A stretch of 64,000 bases of DNA, taken from Candidatus Campbellbacteria bacterium (GTDB lineage Bacteria > Patescibacteriota > Minisyncoccia > Phycocordibacterales > JAXHMZ01). The position numbers and the translations under genes were made by a program. Below, one piece after another: positions 19,989 to 30,982 of the stretch (positions are counted from its first letter, which is position 1; every line of letters begins with the position of its first letter). The notes under the pieces are model-generated. The model saw only the letters and a program-made list of their open reading frames with translations. It was not told the origin of the DNA and ran no database searches. The stretch is from assembly GCA_034521025.1 (NCBI GenBank), contig JAXHMZ010000003.1:79726-143725 (forward strand), written 5' to 3'.

Positions 19989-20402
19989 TCACCTCTTGGC
20001 TCGGTCGGCTACTAGCTTTTCCCAAAGGTCCTCGATATCGACCTCTGGAAGCAAGCCACTCAAAGCGGAGAAACGCCTGCTGGCGCCTCGGGCCTTGGCT
20101 ATATCACGATGCACGCGATCATGGAAGCCTACGTCCGTCGACACGAACGAAAGTAGTACCCCATAAGCCGCAGTCCATCCATCGGATTCCTCGTCGTACG
20201 TATCGAGTGCCTTGAGCGCTTCATCGATACGGTCGGCGTCTTCCGGTGGGAAGATCTCACGAGCAAACCTGCTGATGTCGCCAGGACCGCCGGCAAAGAG
20301 TGCGGGCCGTTCATCAAAGATGCAACGGAGGAAGATCAGTAATTGAAGCTGGAAGAGCTCAAGGTCTGAGTCTAGAGTGAGCTCTGGTGTTTCGGACGAC
20401 AT
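19989..20402 (-). CDS. 137-aa ORFan, GC-richer than flanks (cassette 4)
   Basis: AGGAGG-aatac-ATG; has its own promoter and terminator. Confidence 0.7.
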   Translation of the reverse strand: MSSETPELTLDSDLELFQLQLLIFLRCIFDERPALFAGGPGDISRFAREIFPPEDADRIDEALKALDTYDEESDGWTAAYGVLLSFVSTDVGFHDRVHRDIAKARGASRRFSALSGLLPEVDIEDLWEKLVADRAKR

Positions 20403-20575
20403 GTATTCCTCCTATTTGAATTGAGGCTTCGCTACTCAACACCTCTTCGCCCAATGCGAGTGTGCCGTAGCAGAAAACTCTTCAACAGATTCGAGAAACT
20501 TAGGGCAATTCCCTAAAGTGAAGGACTTTCTGCTACGGCAGACACAGCGTTTCGAAGTTCGATTGATCTAAGTGT

Positions 20576-20604
20576 ATTATGCTATTATTTATTATTTTTG
20601 TCAA
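20576..20604 (-). promoter_or_regulatory. Sigma70-type promoter of cassette 4
   Basis: TTGACA-17-CATAAT, followed by a ~165-nt structured leader. Confidence 0.7.
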
Positions 20605-20638
20605 TGCTGTCCTGCGAGCTAGTAAGTGAGGTTAGATG

Positions 20639-22422
20639 TCAATCGTTCAAGCCGATCTGGAGATCATAGAGCTCGCGGTAAGTGCCGTTCTCTTTTTCAA
20701 TAAGTTCACCGTGCGTACCCTGCTCGACGATCGTGCCGGCCTTGAGTACAAGAATCTGGTCTGAGCGACGCACGGTTGAGAGTCGATGTGCAACGATGAT
20801 CGTGGTACGCCCCTCCATAAGTTCCTCAAGTGTCTCGGTCAGATCATGCTCGGTCTTCGCATCAAGCGCGGATGTGGGCTCGTCAAGGATAAGTATCGCC
20901 GGATCTTGTAGATACGCGCGCGCGATCGCCACACGTTGTTTTTGGCCGACCGAGAGCTTCACCCCTCGCTCGCCGACCAGCGTGTTATATCCGTCAGGAA
21001 ATCGCTGTATAAACTCATCCCCGTGCGCATATTTCGCTGCTTGCTCTACCTCTTCGCGCGTCACGTCCGGAGAGCCATACGCGATATTGTAGTGCACTGT
21101 ACTGAGTTAAAGAGTGCGATCTCTTGTGATACCACTCCGATCTGGCGACGCACGTTTTCAAGATCGATAGATCTCGTGTCTATTCCGTCAATAGCAACAG
21201 AGCCGGAGGTTGGGAAATAGAATCCCGCCACCAGATCAATGATCGTACTCTTCCCCTCACCGGAGCGCCCCACAAGTGCCGTTCTCGTGCCAGCCGGTAT
21301 AGTAAACGAAACATCAGTCAGTACTTCATTCTCTGTGTCATACGCAAATGAAGCATGGTCGAATACGATCTCGCCTCGCAAGGTCGGCGTCCCCGCTCCC
21401 TCCGGATGATAGATCTCTTGTGGCTCTTCAAAGATCTTTTCAGCCTCCAGAAGATTTGTCACATAATTCTGAAGCCATTGCCACATATCGTTGAATTCTA
21501 TGAATGGGCCATAGAGGAGGCCTGCATACGCATTAAAAGCAACAAGTTCACCAACGGAAATGACTCCCTGCGTTACAAAAATAATACCTAGAACGTAGAT
21601 CGCTATTTGCGTAATCAACACCAGCACTCGCTGAAAGAAGCTCATTCGCTCCCAGATACCGCGTATATGAAGAAATGTTCCCAATAGAGGTCCAGTAAAA
21701 TTATGTGCGATGGTATTCCCTTCCCGGTTTTCGTATGCGGCAATTTTTACCTCTCGCACTTGTGATATGACATTATAAACAGTACCGTGAGCTTCACGCT
21801 GATATTGGTGATATGAGCGCTCCAGTGGGGCGAGCGGAGCAAGCGTCGATCGGGCAACGACCACGTACATTGCTACGGAAACCACAAGTATCAGAGCAAG
21901 CCATACATTAATAAAGAATGCGAACGAAAATGCCGCCACGAGAGTCAGAAGTTTCGGCGCGATCTGAAGAATGTCCTGCGTCACGCTTTGCATCGTAAAC
22001 GCACCCATATTCATATTCTCCATCACTGAACCGAACCGCTGCTCTTTGTGAAATGACAGCGGAAGACGCAACAAATGATTATACCCCCGCACGCGAAAAC
22101 TGATCGACATACGCTCAGCGAGCGAGAGCGACCTGATCGAGAGCGCCCAGTCAACCGCGTACGTGACGAGCTGTATGACACACCACAGCGCAAGGATCAC
22201 AAATACGAACATCACTTCACGGCGAAAGTCCGACGGTAGATCGGCGATCGTCGTCGATGATGCGACCGGTGGTGATTGAATAAGCGCGTCCCAAGCGCGA
22301 AGTACGCCCAAGAATCGGCAGAACTCACCGCACAGGTGTGTCGCGCATATAACGACCGATCAGGCGAACCCCTTGAATAATGGTTCGTCGATCTGTGGCA
22401 TTGTGTTCATGTGAATCGGCCA
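20639..22422 (-). CDS. ABC transporter, fused permease/ATPase (MsbA-like exporter), broken by indels
   Basis: TM domain; GRSGEGKS Walker A; LSVGQKQR, ILILDEPTSALD and AHRLST; frameshift near 21100; possible true N-terminus (MADSHEHN...RLIGRYMR) upstream of 22311. Confidence 0.85.
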
Positions 22423-22435
22423 CGATCCTTTTGGT

Positions 22436-23411
22436 TTACTCAGTCACCCCTATCGCACGACGTACTTCCGTCATTTTCTGTTCTGCCTGCTCGCTCGCCT
22501 TTTTCGCCCCAAGAGTGAGAACGTCGCTCACGTATGCTCGGTCTTTCAGGAGTTCGTTATATCGTTCACGAAGAGGTGCAAAATATTCTAATAATTTCAG
22601 AGCTAGCATCTTTTTTGAATCTCCATAACCGATTGAACCCTCGCGGTACTTACTCTCCAGATCTTCGATCTCTTCTTTTGACGATACAAGTTTATGAAGA
22701 TAATAAACGGTATCGGAATCAGGATCTAAGGGCTCACCAAGTGGCGTCGAGTCGGTCTGAATCGACATCACCGCGTCGCGAAGCTCATCGTCAGAACCAA
22801 AAAGCGGTATAACATTGTCATAGCTCTTGCTCATTTTGCGTCCGTCAATACCCGGGATCGTCTCAACGTCAGAGAGTATATGCGGCTCTGGGAGTTTAAA
22901 CGTCTCGCCATATGCGCGGTTGAACGCGTCCGCAGTGTCCCTCGCGATCTCGAGATGCTGTTTTTGGTCTTTGCCGACCGGAACTATATCAGCATCGTAA
23001 ATCAGAATATCGGCTGCCATTAACATAGGATAGTTAAACGTCCCTGCGTTTATTTCCTCCCCTTTTTCTTGCGCGTCTTTGTATGCGTGTGCCCGTTTAA
23101 GGTAAGAGATAGATGTAAGGCATTCAAATATCCAAGCGAGCTCTGTCACCTCAGGAACGTCAGATTGTTTAAAAAGGGTTACTCTGTCCTTGGATCGAGT
23201 CCAACTGCAAGATACGCCGCCGCCACGTCAAAAGAGCTCTCCTTGCGAGCTTATCGGAACCACGAACGGTGGTTAGTGCGTGAAGGTCGGCAATAAAGAC
23301 AAGTGCATCATACTTGTCCTGCAGTTCTACAAACTGACGCATAGCACCAAAGTAATTACCTATGTGCAAACGCCCGGTCGACTTTATTCCTGAAAGAAGT
23401 GTTTTGCTCAT
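22436..23411 (-). CDS. trpS: Tryptophanyl-tRNA synthetase, split by indels at ~23150-23260
   Basis: SGIKSTGRLHIGNYFGA, IADLHALT, YPMLMAADIL, VPVGKDQ.QHLE and KMSKS motifs. Confidence 0.93.
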
Positions 23412-23463
23412 TAGCTACAATAGTATCAAATTTACCTGCCGGAGTGGAGACAAATAATGTTTT

Positions 23464-24441
23464 TTATTTTTGCTCTTCACTTTGTTTACCTTGCTCCTCC
23501 TCTAGATCATCGAGGATTTTTTGGATGTCACCAGCCATAATACCCTCTATATTAGACCAACTTTTCTTGATCCTATGGTCGGTTACTCTATCCTGTGGAA
23601 AGTTATACGTACGTATCTTCTCCGAGCGATCCGCTGTGCCGATTTGATTTGCTCGGCTGTCGGCATGTTTCTTTTCTTCTTCCTCGCGGCGCAACTCCTC
23701 AAGGCGCGCCGTAAGGATCGATATCGCTTTTTCTCGGTTTTTTAGCTGACTCCGTTCGGCACGTGAAGAGACGACAATACCTGTTGGTTTGTGTGTAAGG
23801 CGTACAGCGGTCTCTACCTTGTTTACATTCTGGCCACCTGGTCCACCGGCGCGCGAAAAAGCGACTTCGAGATCCGACTCATCAATCTCAACCTGTGCTC
23901 TTTTCCGAATCGGCAGTATAGCAACCGAGGCAGTAGAGGTGTGTATTCGTCCCTGCTTTTCCGTCGCGGGGACACGCTGGACGCGATGCACACCGGTCTC
24001 GAACCGAAGCTGCCGATAGACGTCTTTGCCATGGATCTCAAACGACGCTTCTTTATATCCGCCCATCTCTGCGCGTGAGTCGTCGACCAAATTTATCGTC
24101 CATCCTTGATTGTCCGCGTGGGTCAGATACATCTGCGCAAGTTCTTCCGCAAACAACGCAGCTTCTTCACCGCCAGCTCCAGCTCGCACCTCAAGAACGA
24201 TCTCGCTGGGAAATTCTTCATCCTGTTCCTCTTCTTTGAGTATATCGTCCATTCGAGATAGAAGGTCTTCTTTCTGTGTGGCAATAGTGGACAAATCATC
24301 TTTAGCAAGCTCTAGTAGATCAGGGTCACTCCCTGCGCTTTCTTTCGTCTCGCGCTCACTTGTTTCCAAACGTTCATATTCTTCAGCCAAATATTTCGTT
24401 TTCTCGCTTTCTTTGTATTTAGTTAGGTCAGTATTTTCCAT
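23464..24441 (-). CDS. prfA: Peptide chain release factor 1
   Basis: [10 protein letters not shown] (PxT motif), GGQ and [19 protein letters not shown]. Confidence 0.95.
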   Translation of the reverse strand: MENTDLTKYKESEKTKYLAEEYERLETSERETKESAGSDPDLLELAKDDLSTIATQKEDLLSRMDDILKEEEQDEEFPSEIVLEVRAGAGGEEAALFAEELAQMYLTHADNQGWTINLVDDSRAEMGGYKEASFEIHGKDVYRQLRFETGVHRVQRVPATEKQGRIHTSTASVAILPIRKRAQVEIDESDLEVAFSRAGGPGGQNVNKVETAVRLTHKPTGIVVSSRAERSQLKNREKAISILTARLEELRREEEEKKHADSRANQIGTADRSEKIRTYNFPQDRVTDHRIKKSWSNIEGIMAGDIQKILDDLEEEQGKQSEEQK

Positions 24442-24533
24442 TTTATTTTGTATCTACAAAACAACCGATTATACTCTTAAATTACTTTTAATTAAAAAGT
24501 CGGCTATTGAAGAACCGACCTTAAAAATTATAT

Positions 24534-24803
24534 TTATTTGCCCGAGGCCTTTTCTTTTGCGGCTTCTTGTCGGCGTCGGAATTTATCAACTCGACCGGCA
24601 GTATCCATAACTCTCTCTTGGCCAGTAAAGAACGGATGCGAGGCACTAGAGATCTCTACCCGATACAGAGGATATTCTTTGCCATCACTCCATTTAGCTG
24701 TTTCTTCAGTATTTACGGTCGAAAGTATCAACCACTGATCCTTAGTTGAGGAGTCTTCGAAAATGACGTGTCGTACGTTTTCTGGGTGAATGTCTTTTTT
24801 CAT
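24534..24803 (-). CDS. rpmE2: 50S ribosomal protein L31 type B
   Basis: MKKDIHP...[12 protein letters not shown]...GRVDKF; no Cys. Confidence 0.93.
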   Translation of the reverse strand: MKKDIHPENVRHVIFEDSSTKDQWLILSTVNTEETAKWSDGKEYPLYRVEISSASHPFFTGQERVMDTAGRVDKFRRRQEAAKEKASGK

Positions 24804-24851
24804 AACAAAATGGATACTACCACAGACTTTCGCAGCCCGCAATATTTATAC

Positions 24852-26186
24852 TTATAGTGATTCTAGGGTGTCGATCTGCGACTGTAAGCGCGAGGCAATA
24901 TTCATTACACTGTTGGCATAATTCACACCGCGAGTTTGCCAACCTCCTCCGGCGTAGTAGCGAGCCGCAGCTTCCCACTCGGCATCATATGTTCTTGCCG
25001 CAGCTCCCAGATCCTTGAGGAATAGCGACGAAGCCGTAAAGGCGTCACGAGGATTCCAAGGGTTAGAAGGAGAAACTCCTGTTACTGAAGATACACGGCT
25101 CTGGTACATCTCCCAAGTGGATGGGATAAATTGTGAAGGCCCCATGGCTCCTCCCCATCCAATGTTTCCTATAGGACAAGACAACGGCTGAGTGTTAGGG
25201 TCTAGGCCCAAACGATCCATAATACGCAGGTAAGGCGCATGATCTCTGTCCGGCTTCATAATTTCCTTCCAAGTTCTGTTTGGGGTTGAAGGCAAGTTAC
25301 AACGACCAACATTCTGCCCCAGGTTTGATTCTTGAGTTATTATCGCGAGTAGAAACGCAGGACGAACACCTGTCCCTTCCTCGGCTATACGAGCGTAATC
25401 TAACGCCTGTCCAAAGTTAATGTCGCCTGTATCTCTAAGTGAAAATAGAGCTGAACGTATTTCAGAAGCTCTCGCCTGACGCTCCGCAACTATCTCCTCA
25501 TAAGTTTGCTCTTTCTCCTTGCTTGCCGATAAAAGCTGCTCTTTTTGCTGTTGAGACACCTGGATCTTTTCTTTGCTCTTCTCTATTTGATAAGTAATAT
25601 TTTCCTGCTCATTCTTTACCATTTCCAACTTAGCCTTTTGTTCTGCAGCTGCCTCTTGATATTCAGCGATTCTTTCCAAGTCCTCCAATATACGCTGTTT
25701 AAGCGTTCTCAAGGAGTCCGAATCTTTAAAAAAGTCGGATAGATTTTCGTTAGCTAGAAAAACCTCGATCATAGAGCTATCGTCTACTTCCCTCATTTTT
25801 TGCAGCAACCTAGACAAAGACTCTTTTTCCCTTAAGGTCTTATCTTCTAGCTCAGATATAGTTTCCGCCTTTACTTGTATATCGTTAGATAATTGATTGA
25901 TCCGGAGCCTGCTAGCCTCTAACTGCAGTTGGGTTTCTCTAATTTGGGCATCAAGGACCGCAATTTCCTCTTGAATAGACGCAGATTGAGATCGTTGTTC
26001 CTGGAGCTCTTTCTTTTGCGAAGCTATTTCTTTGAGAACTTTTTCTAGTTCTGCCTGCAATTCACGCTCACGCTCGATCTTATCTGAATCAGTTTCTTGC
26101 GCTGAAACAGGCACCGCTGTAAACACCAGAGTTACTGTAATAGCTATTAATATGTATATGGGAACTTTCGCGAGCTTTAAACTCAT
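24852..26186 (-). CDS. Coiled-coil protein with C-terminal lytic transglycosylase domain
   Basis: Signal peptide, coiled coil, AIITQESNLG, GAMGPSQFIPSTW and NPWNP.DA. Confidence 0.85.
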   Translation of the reverse strand: MSLKLAKVPIYILIAITVTLVFTAVPVSAQETDSDKIERERELQAELEKVLKEIASQKKELQEQRSQSASIQEEIAVLDAQIRETQLQLEASRLRINQLSNDIQVKAETISELEDKTLREKESLSRLLQKMREVDDSSMIEVFLANENLSDFFKDSDSLRTLKQRILEDLERIAEYQEAAAEQKAKLEMVKNEQENITYQIEKSKEKIQVSQQQKEQLLSASKEKEQTYEEIVAERQARASEIRSALFSLRDTGDINFGQALDYARIAEEGTGVRPAFLLAIITQESNLGQNVGRCNLPSTPNRTWKEIMKPDRDHAPYLRIMDRLGLDPNTQPLSCPIGNIGWGGAMGPSQFIPSTWEMYQSRVSSVTGVSPSNPWNPRDAFTASSLFLKDLGAAARTYDAEWEAAARYYAGGGWQTRGVNYANSVMNIASRLQSQIDTLESL

Positions 26187-26220
26187 ATGGTTTTATTACA
26201 AGTCAATTCTATCATGTATT

Positions 26221-26253
26221 TAAAAACGCTTCCAAGGGGTGGAAGCGTTTTTA
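26221..26253 (-). terminator. Intrinsic terminator after rplY
   Basis: taaaaacgcttcca-agggg-tggaagcgttttta. Confidence 0.7.
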
Positions 26254-26282
26254 AATAGAAGTCTAAATAGAGAGAAGTTTGG

Positions 26283-26951
26283 TTACTCTGACTCTTCTTC
26301 TGATCCTTCAGAATCTTCTGAGGAAGATTCCTCTGTATCCTCTTCACCTACTCGTTCGATGTCATCAATGCTGGCAGGCTCTTCTGTTTCTTCAGGCTCT
26401 TCTTCTCGCGGTTCTTCGGCAAATACAACTGTTTCGTCTGGATTTGTCATTAACTCTACTTCTTCCGGAAGCTTAAGATCTCGAGCGTATATAACTGACT
26501 CAAAATCATTGAGCTCAGAAACGTCAACATTTATTTCATGGGGAATATCTGTAGGCAAGACTTTAATATCAAGTTCATGCAGTACCTTGATCAATGTACC
26601 TCCCAGACTCTTAACAGCTGGAGATTCGCCAACGAACTCGATAGGAACAGAAACTTCGACTTTCTTAGTTTTGTCGATAACATAAAAATCAACGTGTTCG
26701 ACAAACTGCGTAACCGGATGCGTTTGAATGTCTTGGATAAGAACATCTTTTTCTATGTCATCCCCTTTGAGGGTTACGACAGAGGATTCGCCTTCTTTAC
26801 TGAGAAGACTATCAAATTCGCTTCGAGAAAGAGTTATGGCCTCTGAGTTATCTTTGGGACCATAAAATACAGCAGGAATCTTTCCTTGACTCCGAAGCTC
26901 TTTTAATTTTTTACCGCGCTCGGTACGCTTTTCTACAGAAATTGTTGACAT
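26283..26951 (-). CDS. rplY: 50S ribosomal protein L25/Ctc
   Basis: G.IPAVFYG, Q.HPVT...HVDF and VPIEFVGES..VK.GG. Confidence 0.94.
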   Translation of the reverse strand: MSTISVEKRTERGKKLKELRSQGKIPAVFYGPKDNSEAITLSRSEFDSLLSKEGESSVVTLKGDDIEKDVLIQDIQTHPVTQFVEHVDFYVIDKTKKVEVSVPIEFVGESPAVKSLGGTLIKVLHELDIKVLPTDIPHEINVDVSELNDFESVIYARDLKLPEEVELMTNPDETVVFAEEPREEEPEETEEPASIDDIERVGEEDTEESSSEDSEGSEEESE

Positions 26952-27113
26952 ACAAACGCCATTATAGGGATTTATGCCAAAAAAGCAACAGTATTTCAGT
27001 AACTTTTGAACTCATCTTTTGCTGGAAATGTTTGCATTACTTTAGTTTTCAAGATTCAAAGGGATCACTATTCTTGGTATACTAAAGACATACAAGTTAA
27101 TACCAGAACTATT

Positions 27114-28130
27114 ATGGAAGAAGAACCCAAAGCTCTTGATTTTGTTGCAGTAGGCGACATCGTTACCGACTCTTTTATAGACCTAAAAGACGTACGTATA
27201 GATAAAGAGAAAGACGAGGGAGATCATGGATATGATGAAATTTGTTTCCGTTTTGGCGATAAGATCCCCTATGAAGACGTCGAGGTGGTACCAGCAGTAG
27301 GCAATTCGCCTAACGCGGCAGTATCCGCTTCACGCCTCGGCCTTAATACAGGCCTTATCACAAACGTTGGAGATGATATTTATGGTAAACAGGATCTAGA
27401 ACAACTCAGATCGGAATCTATTGACCTTTCGAATGTAGAAGTACATGAAGGAGAAAGGTCAAATCTGCATTACGTTTTGCAATTTGGCGCTGAGCGCACG
27501 ATCTTGGTTAATCATCAACAATACAACTATAAATTCCCCGAATTAGATCCGGCGCCAAAATATCTTTACCTTTCATCCTTGGCTGAAAACTCTCTACCGT
27601 ATCACGAAGAAATTGCTGATTACTTGGAAAAACATTCTGAAACGAAACTTGCTTTTCAGCCGGGTACATTTCAAATGAAGTTGGGTTATGAAAAGCTAAA
27701 GCGCTTGTACGAACTTTCGGAATTGTTTTTCTGCAACAAACAAGAGGCTCAAAGAATCCTGGAAACTAAAGAGGATGATATAAAAGAACTCGCGAAAATT
27801 ATGCACGAACATGGTCCCAATATTGCCGTAATTACAGATGGAGTTAACGGTGCTTACGCTTTCGACGGAAATGAGATGTGGCATATGCCCATGTATCCGG
27901 ATCCTAAGCCGCCAATTGACAGAACTGGCGCCGGAGATTCTTTTTCTTCAACCTTTACTGCCGCAATGGCAACGGGCAAATCGATCCCTGAAGCATTGGA
28001 ATGGGGGCCGGTTAATTCGATGGCGGTGGTGCAAGACATAGGAGCGCAAGCTGGTCTTTTATCCAGAGAAAAACTACTCGAACATCTAGAGAACAGACCC
28101 GAAGATTATCAGCCAAGTAAGCTTGAGTAA
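27114..28130 (+). CDS. PfkB-family carbohydrate kinase
   Basis: GNSPNAAVSASRLG, N..EA, ITDG..G and DRTGAGDSF motifs. Confidence 0.9.
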   Translation: MEEEPKALDFVAVGDIVTDSFIDLKDVRIDKEKDEGDHGYDEICFRFGDKIPYEDVEVVPAVGNSPNAAVSASRLGLNTGLITNVGDDIYGKQDLEQLRSESIDLSNVEVHEGERSNLHYVLQFGAERTILVNHQQYNYKFPELDPAPKYLYLSSLAENSLPYHEEIADYLEKHSETKLAFQPGTFQMKLGYEKLKRLYELSELFFCNKQEAQRILETKEDDIKELAKIMHEHGPNIAVITDGVNGAYAFDGNEMWHMPMYPDPKPPIDRTGAGDSFSSTFTAAMATGKSIPEALEWGPVNSMAVVQDIGAQAGLLSREKLLEHLENRPEDYQPSKLE

Positions 28131-28142
28131 AACAGAAACAAT

Positions 28143-28170
28143 AAAATAACCGGCTCATGCCGGTTATTTT
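28143..28170. terminator. Bidirectional terminator
   Basis: aaaataaccggc-tcat-gccggttatttt. Confidence 0.75.
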
Positions 28171-29164
28171 ATTGTTTTCTTGAGATAACCTTCCTTACCG
28201 CTTCTTTAATAGAGCCGACATCCATACCATAATGCTCGATCAATTCTTCTGGTTCTCCCGATTGTCCAAATCTATCAAATACTCCGACAAACTCTTGAGG
28301 AGAAGGGTGGCGCTGCGATAAGAATTCCGAGATCGCAGAACCTAGACCTCCCGCAACTTGGTGTTCTTCTACAGACACGACAGCGTTAGTTCTTTCGGCA
28401 AAACTGAGAATTGTTTCTTCGTCCAAGGGCTTTACGGTATGGACATTTACAACAGCAACTCTAATCCCCTCTTCTTCCAATTCATGTGCGGCAAACAAAG
28501 CATTGTAGGTCAAAGGACCGCAGGTAAAAATAGTAACCTCGGCTTCGTCAGGATCAAATAGTACATTCGCTTTTCCAAATTCAAACGGCGAATCGTGTGT
28601 GGTAAACAAGGGCGTTTTCTCCCGCGTGAGACGAATATACACCGGGGAGTTGGTTTCATAGGCCACGTGGGTTGCCTTCCTGGCTTCCTCAGCATCAGCT
28701 GGTACTATGACCTTCATATTGGGCTGAACACGCATAAGAGCAATGTCTTCAAGCGCTTGATGTGTTGCGCCGTCTGGCCCCACAGAGACGCCAGAATGAG
28801 CTCCGACGATCTTAACTGGTACGTTATTAAGCGAGATCGTTGTACGAATTTGTTCATTATTTCGCCCGGGACTGAACGCCGCGTATGAGGCAATATAAGG
28901 TATCTTTCCATAATTAGCTAAACCGGACGCTAGAGCAGCCATATTCTGCTCTGCTACTCCGGCTTCTATATAGCGATCCGGAAATTTCTGCCTGAATTTC
29001 TCGGTGCGCGTTGACCCAGCCAGATCAGCACAAACAGCCACCACGCTTTCGTCACGATCGCCCACTTCCGCCAAGCCGTCTCCAAAACCGTTACGAGTTG
29101 GTACTTGCTCGATCTCCTCTATGTTGAAAATGTTCTCAACCAATTTTTGTTCTTCTCTTATCAT
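28169..29164 (-). CDS. Transketolase, C-terminal subunit
   Basis: GVAEQNM, GPDGATHQ and EEHQ..GGLG motifs. Confidence 0.92.
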   Translation of the reverse strand: MIREEQKLVENIFNIEEIEQVPTRNGFGDGLAEVGDRDESVVAVCADLAGSTRTEKFRQKFPDRYIEAGVAEQNMAALASGLANYGKIPYIASYAAFSPGRNNEQIRTTISLNNVPVKIVGAHSGVSVGPDGATHQALEDIALMRVQPNMKVIVPADAEEARKATHVAYETNSPVYIRLTREKTPLFTTHDSPFEFGKANVLFDPDEAEVTIFTCGPLTYNALFAAHELEEEGIRVAVVNVHTVKPLDEETILSFAERTNAVVSVEEHQVAGGLGSAISEFLSQRHPSPQEFVGVFDRFGQSGEPEELIEHYGMDVGSIKEAVRKVISRKQ

Positions 29165-29173
29165 AGTTCAAAG

Positions 29174-29449
29174 TTATATTGCGTATCCTTTACCTCTCAT
29201 ACAAGTCTTAAAAGAGAATTCATAATATTCGGCGGCATTTACGTCCTCAGGGAGTGTCTCGGTCGCAGAAAGAGAATCCGCATGGCACTTACGCACGTCC
29301 TCCCTTTCGGCAAAAGCCGTGGTCATTTGCAGGAAAATAAAGATCAAAACAGAAGCCACAAAAATAATTCCTAAAACCAAAGGACTTAGATAAATAGGAT
29401 TCTTCCTATCTGCCTTGATCAATTGTCTTATTCCAAACATCATAAACAT
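29174..29449 (-). CDS. Hypothetical single-TM protein between the transketolase subunits
   Basis: Fills the gap exactly; TM segment; C...CM..KGY tail. Confidence 0.55.
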   Translation of the reverse strand: MFMMFGIRQLIKADRKNPIYLSPLVLGIIFVASVLIFIFLQMTTAFAEREDVRKCHADSLSATETLPEDVNAAEYYEFSFKTCMRGKGYAI

Positions 29450-29452
29450 AAG

Positions 29453-30292
29453 TTAAATATTAATCTCTCGTAGCTCCTCTAAGAACTTCTCAGATTCTTC
29501 CTTGGACGGAGGCTTGCCGTGCCATTCGTGGTCAAACTCCATACTCTTAATGCCTTTGCCCGGGATGGTGTGCGCAAGAACCATAGTAGGTCTCTCATAA
29601 ATTGCCTTGGCTTGCTCTATCGCGTTAACAAACTCTTCTATGTTATGCCCGTCTACCTCAATAACGTGCCAATTAAATGATTCAAACTTTTCTCTCAGAG
29701 GCTCAAGAGGCATTACCTCTTCGGTCATGCCGTTTATTTGGATATTATTTCTATCGATCACTCCGGTTAAGTTAGAAAGCGCGTTAGCTCCCGCAAACAT
29801 AGCTGCTTCCCATGTATTTCCCGCTTGCAATTCTCCGTCCGACATCAAACAGTAGGTTCGGAAATTTTTTTTATCCATTCTGGCTGCATATGCGATCCCC
29901 GAAGCCTGTGAAAGGCCCGAACCAAGAGGGCCCGAAGTACTCTCAAGTGAGAGCATTTTTTCTCGTTCAGGGTGACCCTGCAATCTTGAACCTAATTTTC
30001 TCAAAGTGTTAACTTCTTCCAAAGGAAAATATCCGGCGTGCGCCATAGCAGCATACCTAACCGGTACTATATGCCCGTTAGAAAGAATTAAGCGATCACG
30101 ATCCTCCCACTCGGGGTCTTCGGGTCTGTGATTTAAAATATGAAAATAAAACGAGGTAAATATGTCAGTCATACCCAACGGACCAGCAGTATGGCCAGAA
30201 CCGGCTTCAGTCAGCATTTCAATTATGGTCTGCCTGATCTCGTTTGCCTTTTTTTCTAAAGAATGAACTTTTTCATCTGAAAGGTGTGGCAT
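29453..30292 (-). CDS. Transketolase, N-terminal subunit
   Basis: SGH, DRLILSNGH, LQGHP, GPLGSG and SDGELQAG motifs. Confidence 0.93.
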   Translation of the reverse strand: MPHLSDEKVHSLEKKANEIRQTIIEMLTEAGSGHTAGPLGMTDIFTSFYFHILNHRPEDPEWEDRDRLILSNGHIVPVRYAAMAHAGYFPLEEVNTLRKLGSRLQGHPEREKMLSLESTSGPLGSGLSQASGIAYAARMDKKNFRTYCLMSDGELQAGNTWEAAMFAGANALSNLTGVIDRNNIQINGMTEEVMPLEPLREKFESFNWHVIEVDGHNIEEFVNAIEQAKAIYERPTMVLAHTIPGKGIKSMEFDHEWHGKPPSKEESEKFLEELREINI

Positions 30293-30307
30293 TTTGAAAA
30301 GATATTA

Positions 30308-30982
30308 TTACTTATTAGCCAAATTTCGCATTGCATCAAAGGCCTCTTTTGGTGATTCTGCTCCCAAAATAGCTGAGCCGGAAATGAGTCGTCTCGCTCC
30401 AGCATCACTTAACCTCTCCACGGTATCTAGGCTAACTCCACCATCTACACTTATAAGTATATCAGGAAAAATTTCCCGGACTTTCTTTATTTTGTGGACA
30501 ACATTTTGGGAGAACGGCTCTCCCTGATATCCAATATTCTCTATGCCCATGCATTGCACAAAACCAATTTTGTCTATATATGGCGCAAGATCTTGAGGCT
30601 CGTCATCGATCTGTATAGCTATTCCACATTCCACCTGAAATTCACTGAGTTTATCTAAAATATCTTCCAGTTTATTCGTACTTTGATAGTGTATGACCAT
30701 TCGGGAAAATCCGGCATTTATCCAATCATCTATCACATCTTCTGGATTGCTGACCATCAGATCAGCCTCAAACTGAATCTCTTTCCAAAAAGGCATGCCT
30801 TCTTCTCCAGCTAGGATCTTTTCAAATGTCTCTGGTTCGCCATAAGGCCAAGATAATCTTGGTACGAATTCACCATCACAAATATCTATTTGCACAAACG
30901 AAGATAGGCCATGTACCAAAGCCAGATCTTCACGTAGCTCTTGATAGTCTTCGGGTAAAACGGCTGGAATAATTTCAGTCAT
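30308..30982 (-). CDS. rpe: Ribulose-phosphate 3-epimerase
   Basis: IDICDGEFVP, DLMV, VDGGV and GSAI motifs. Confidence 0.88.
   Translation of the reverse strand: MTEIIPAVLPEDYQELREDLALVHGLSSFVQIDICDGEFVPRLSWPYGEPETFEKILAGEEGMPFWKEIQFEADLMVSNPEDVIDDWINAGFSRMVIHYQSTNKLEDILDKLSEFQVECGIAIQIDDEPQDLAPYIDKIGFVQCMGIENIGYQGEPFSQNVVHKIKKVREIFPDILISVDGGVSLDTVERLSDAGARRLISGSAILGAESPKEAFDAMRNLANK

Noticed and set aside
21090-23260. Split ABC transporter and trpS as pseudogenes or recoding
   Set aside because: trpS is essential and its motifs are intact; clustered indels point to low-quality consensus sequence.
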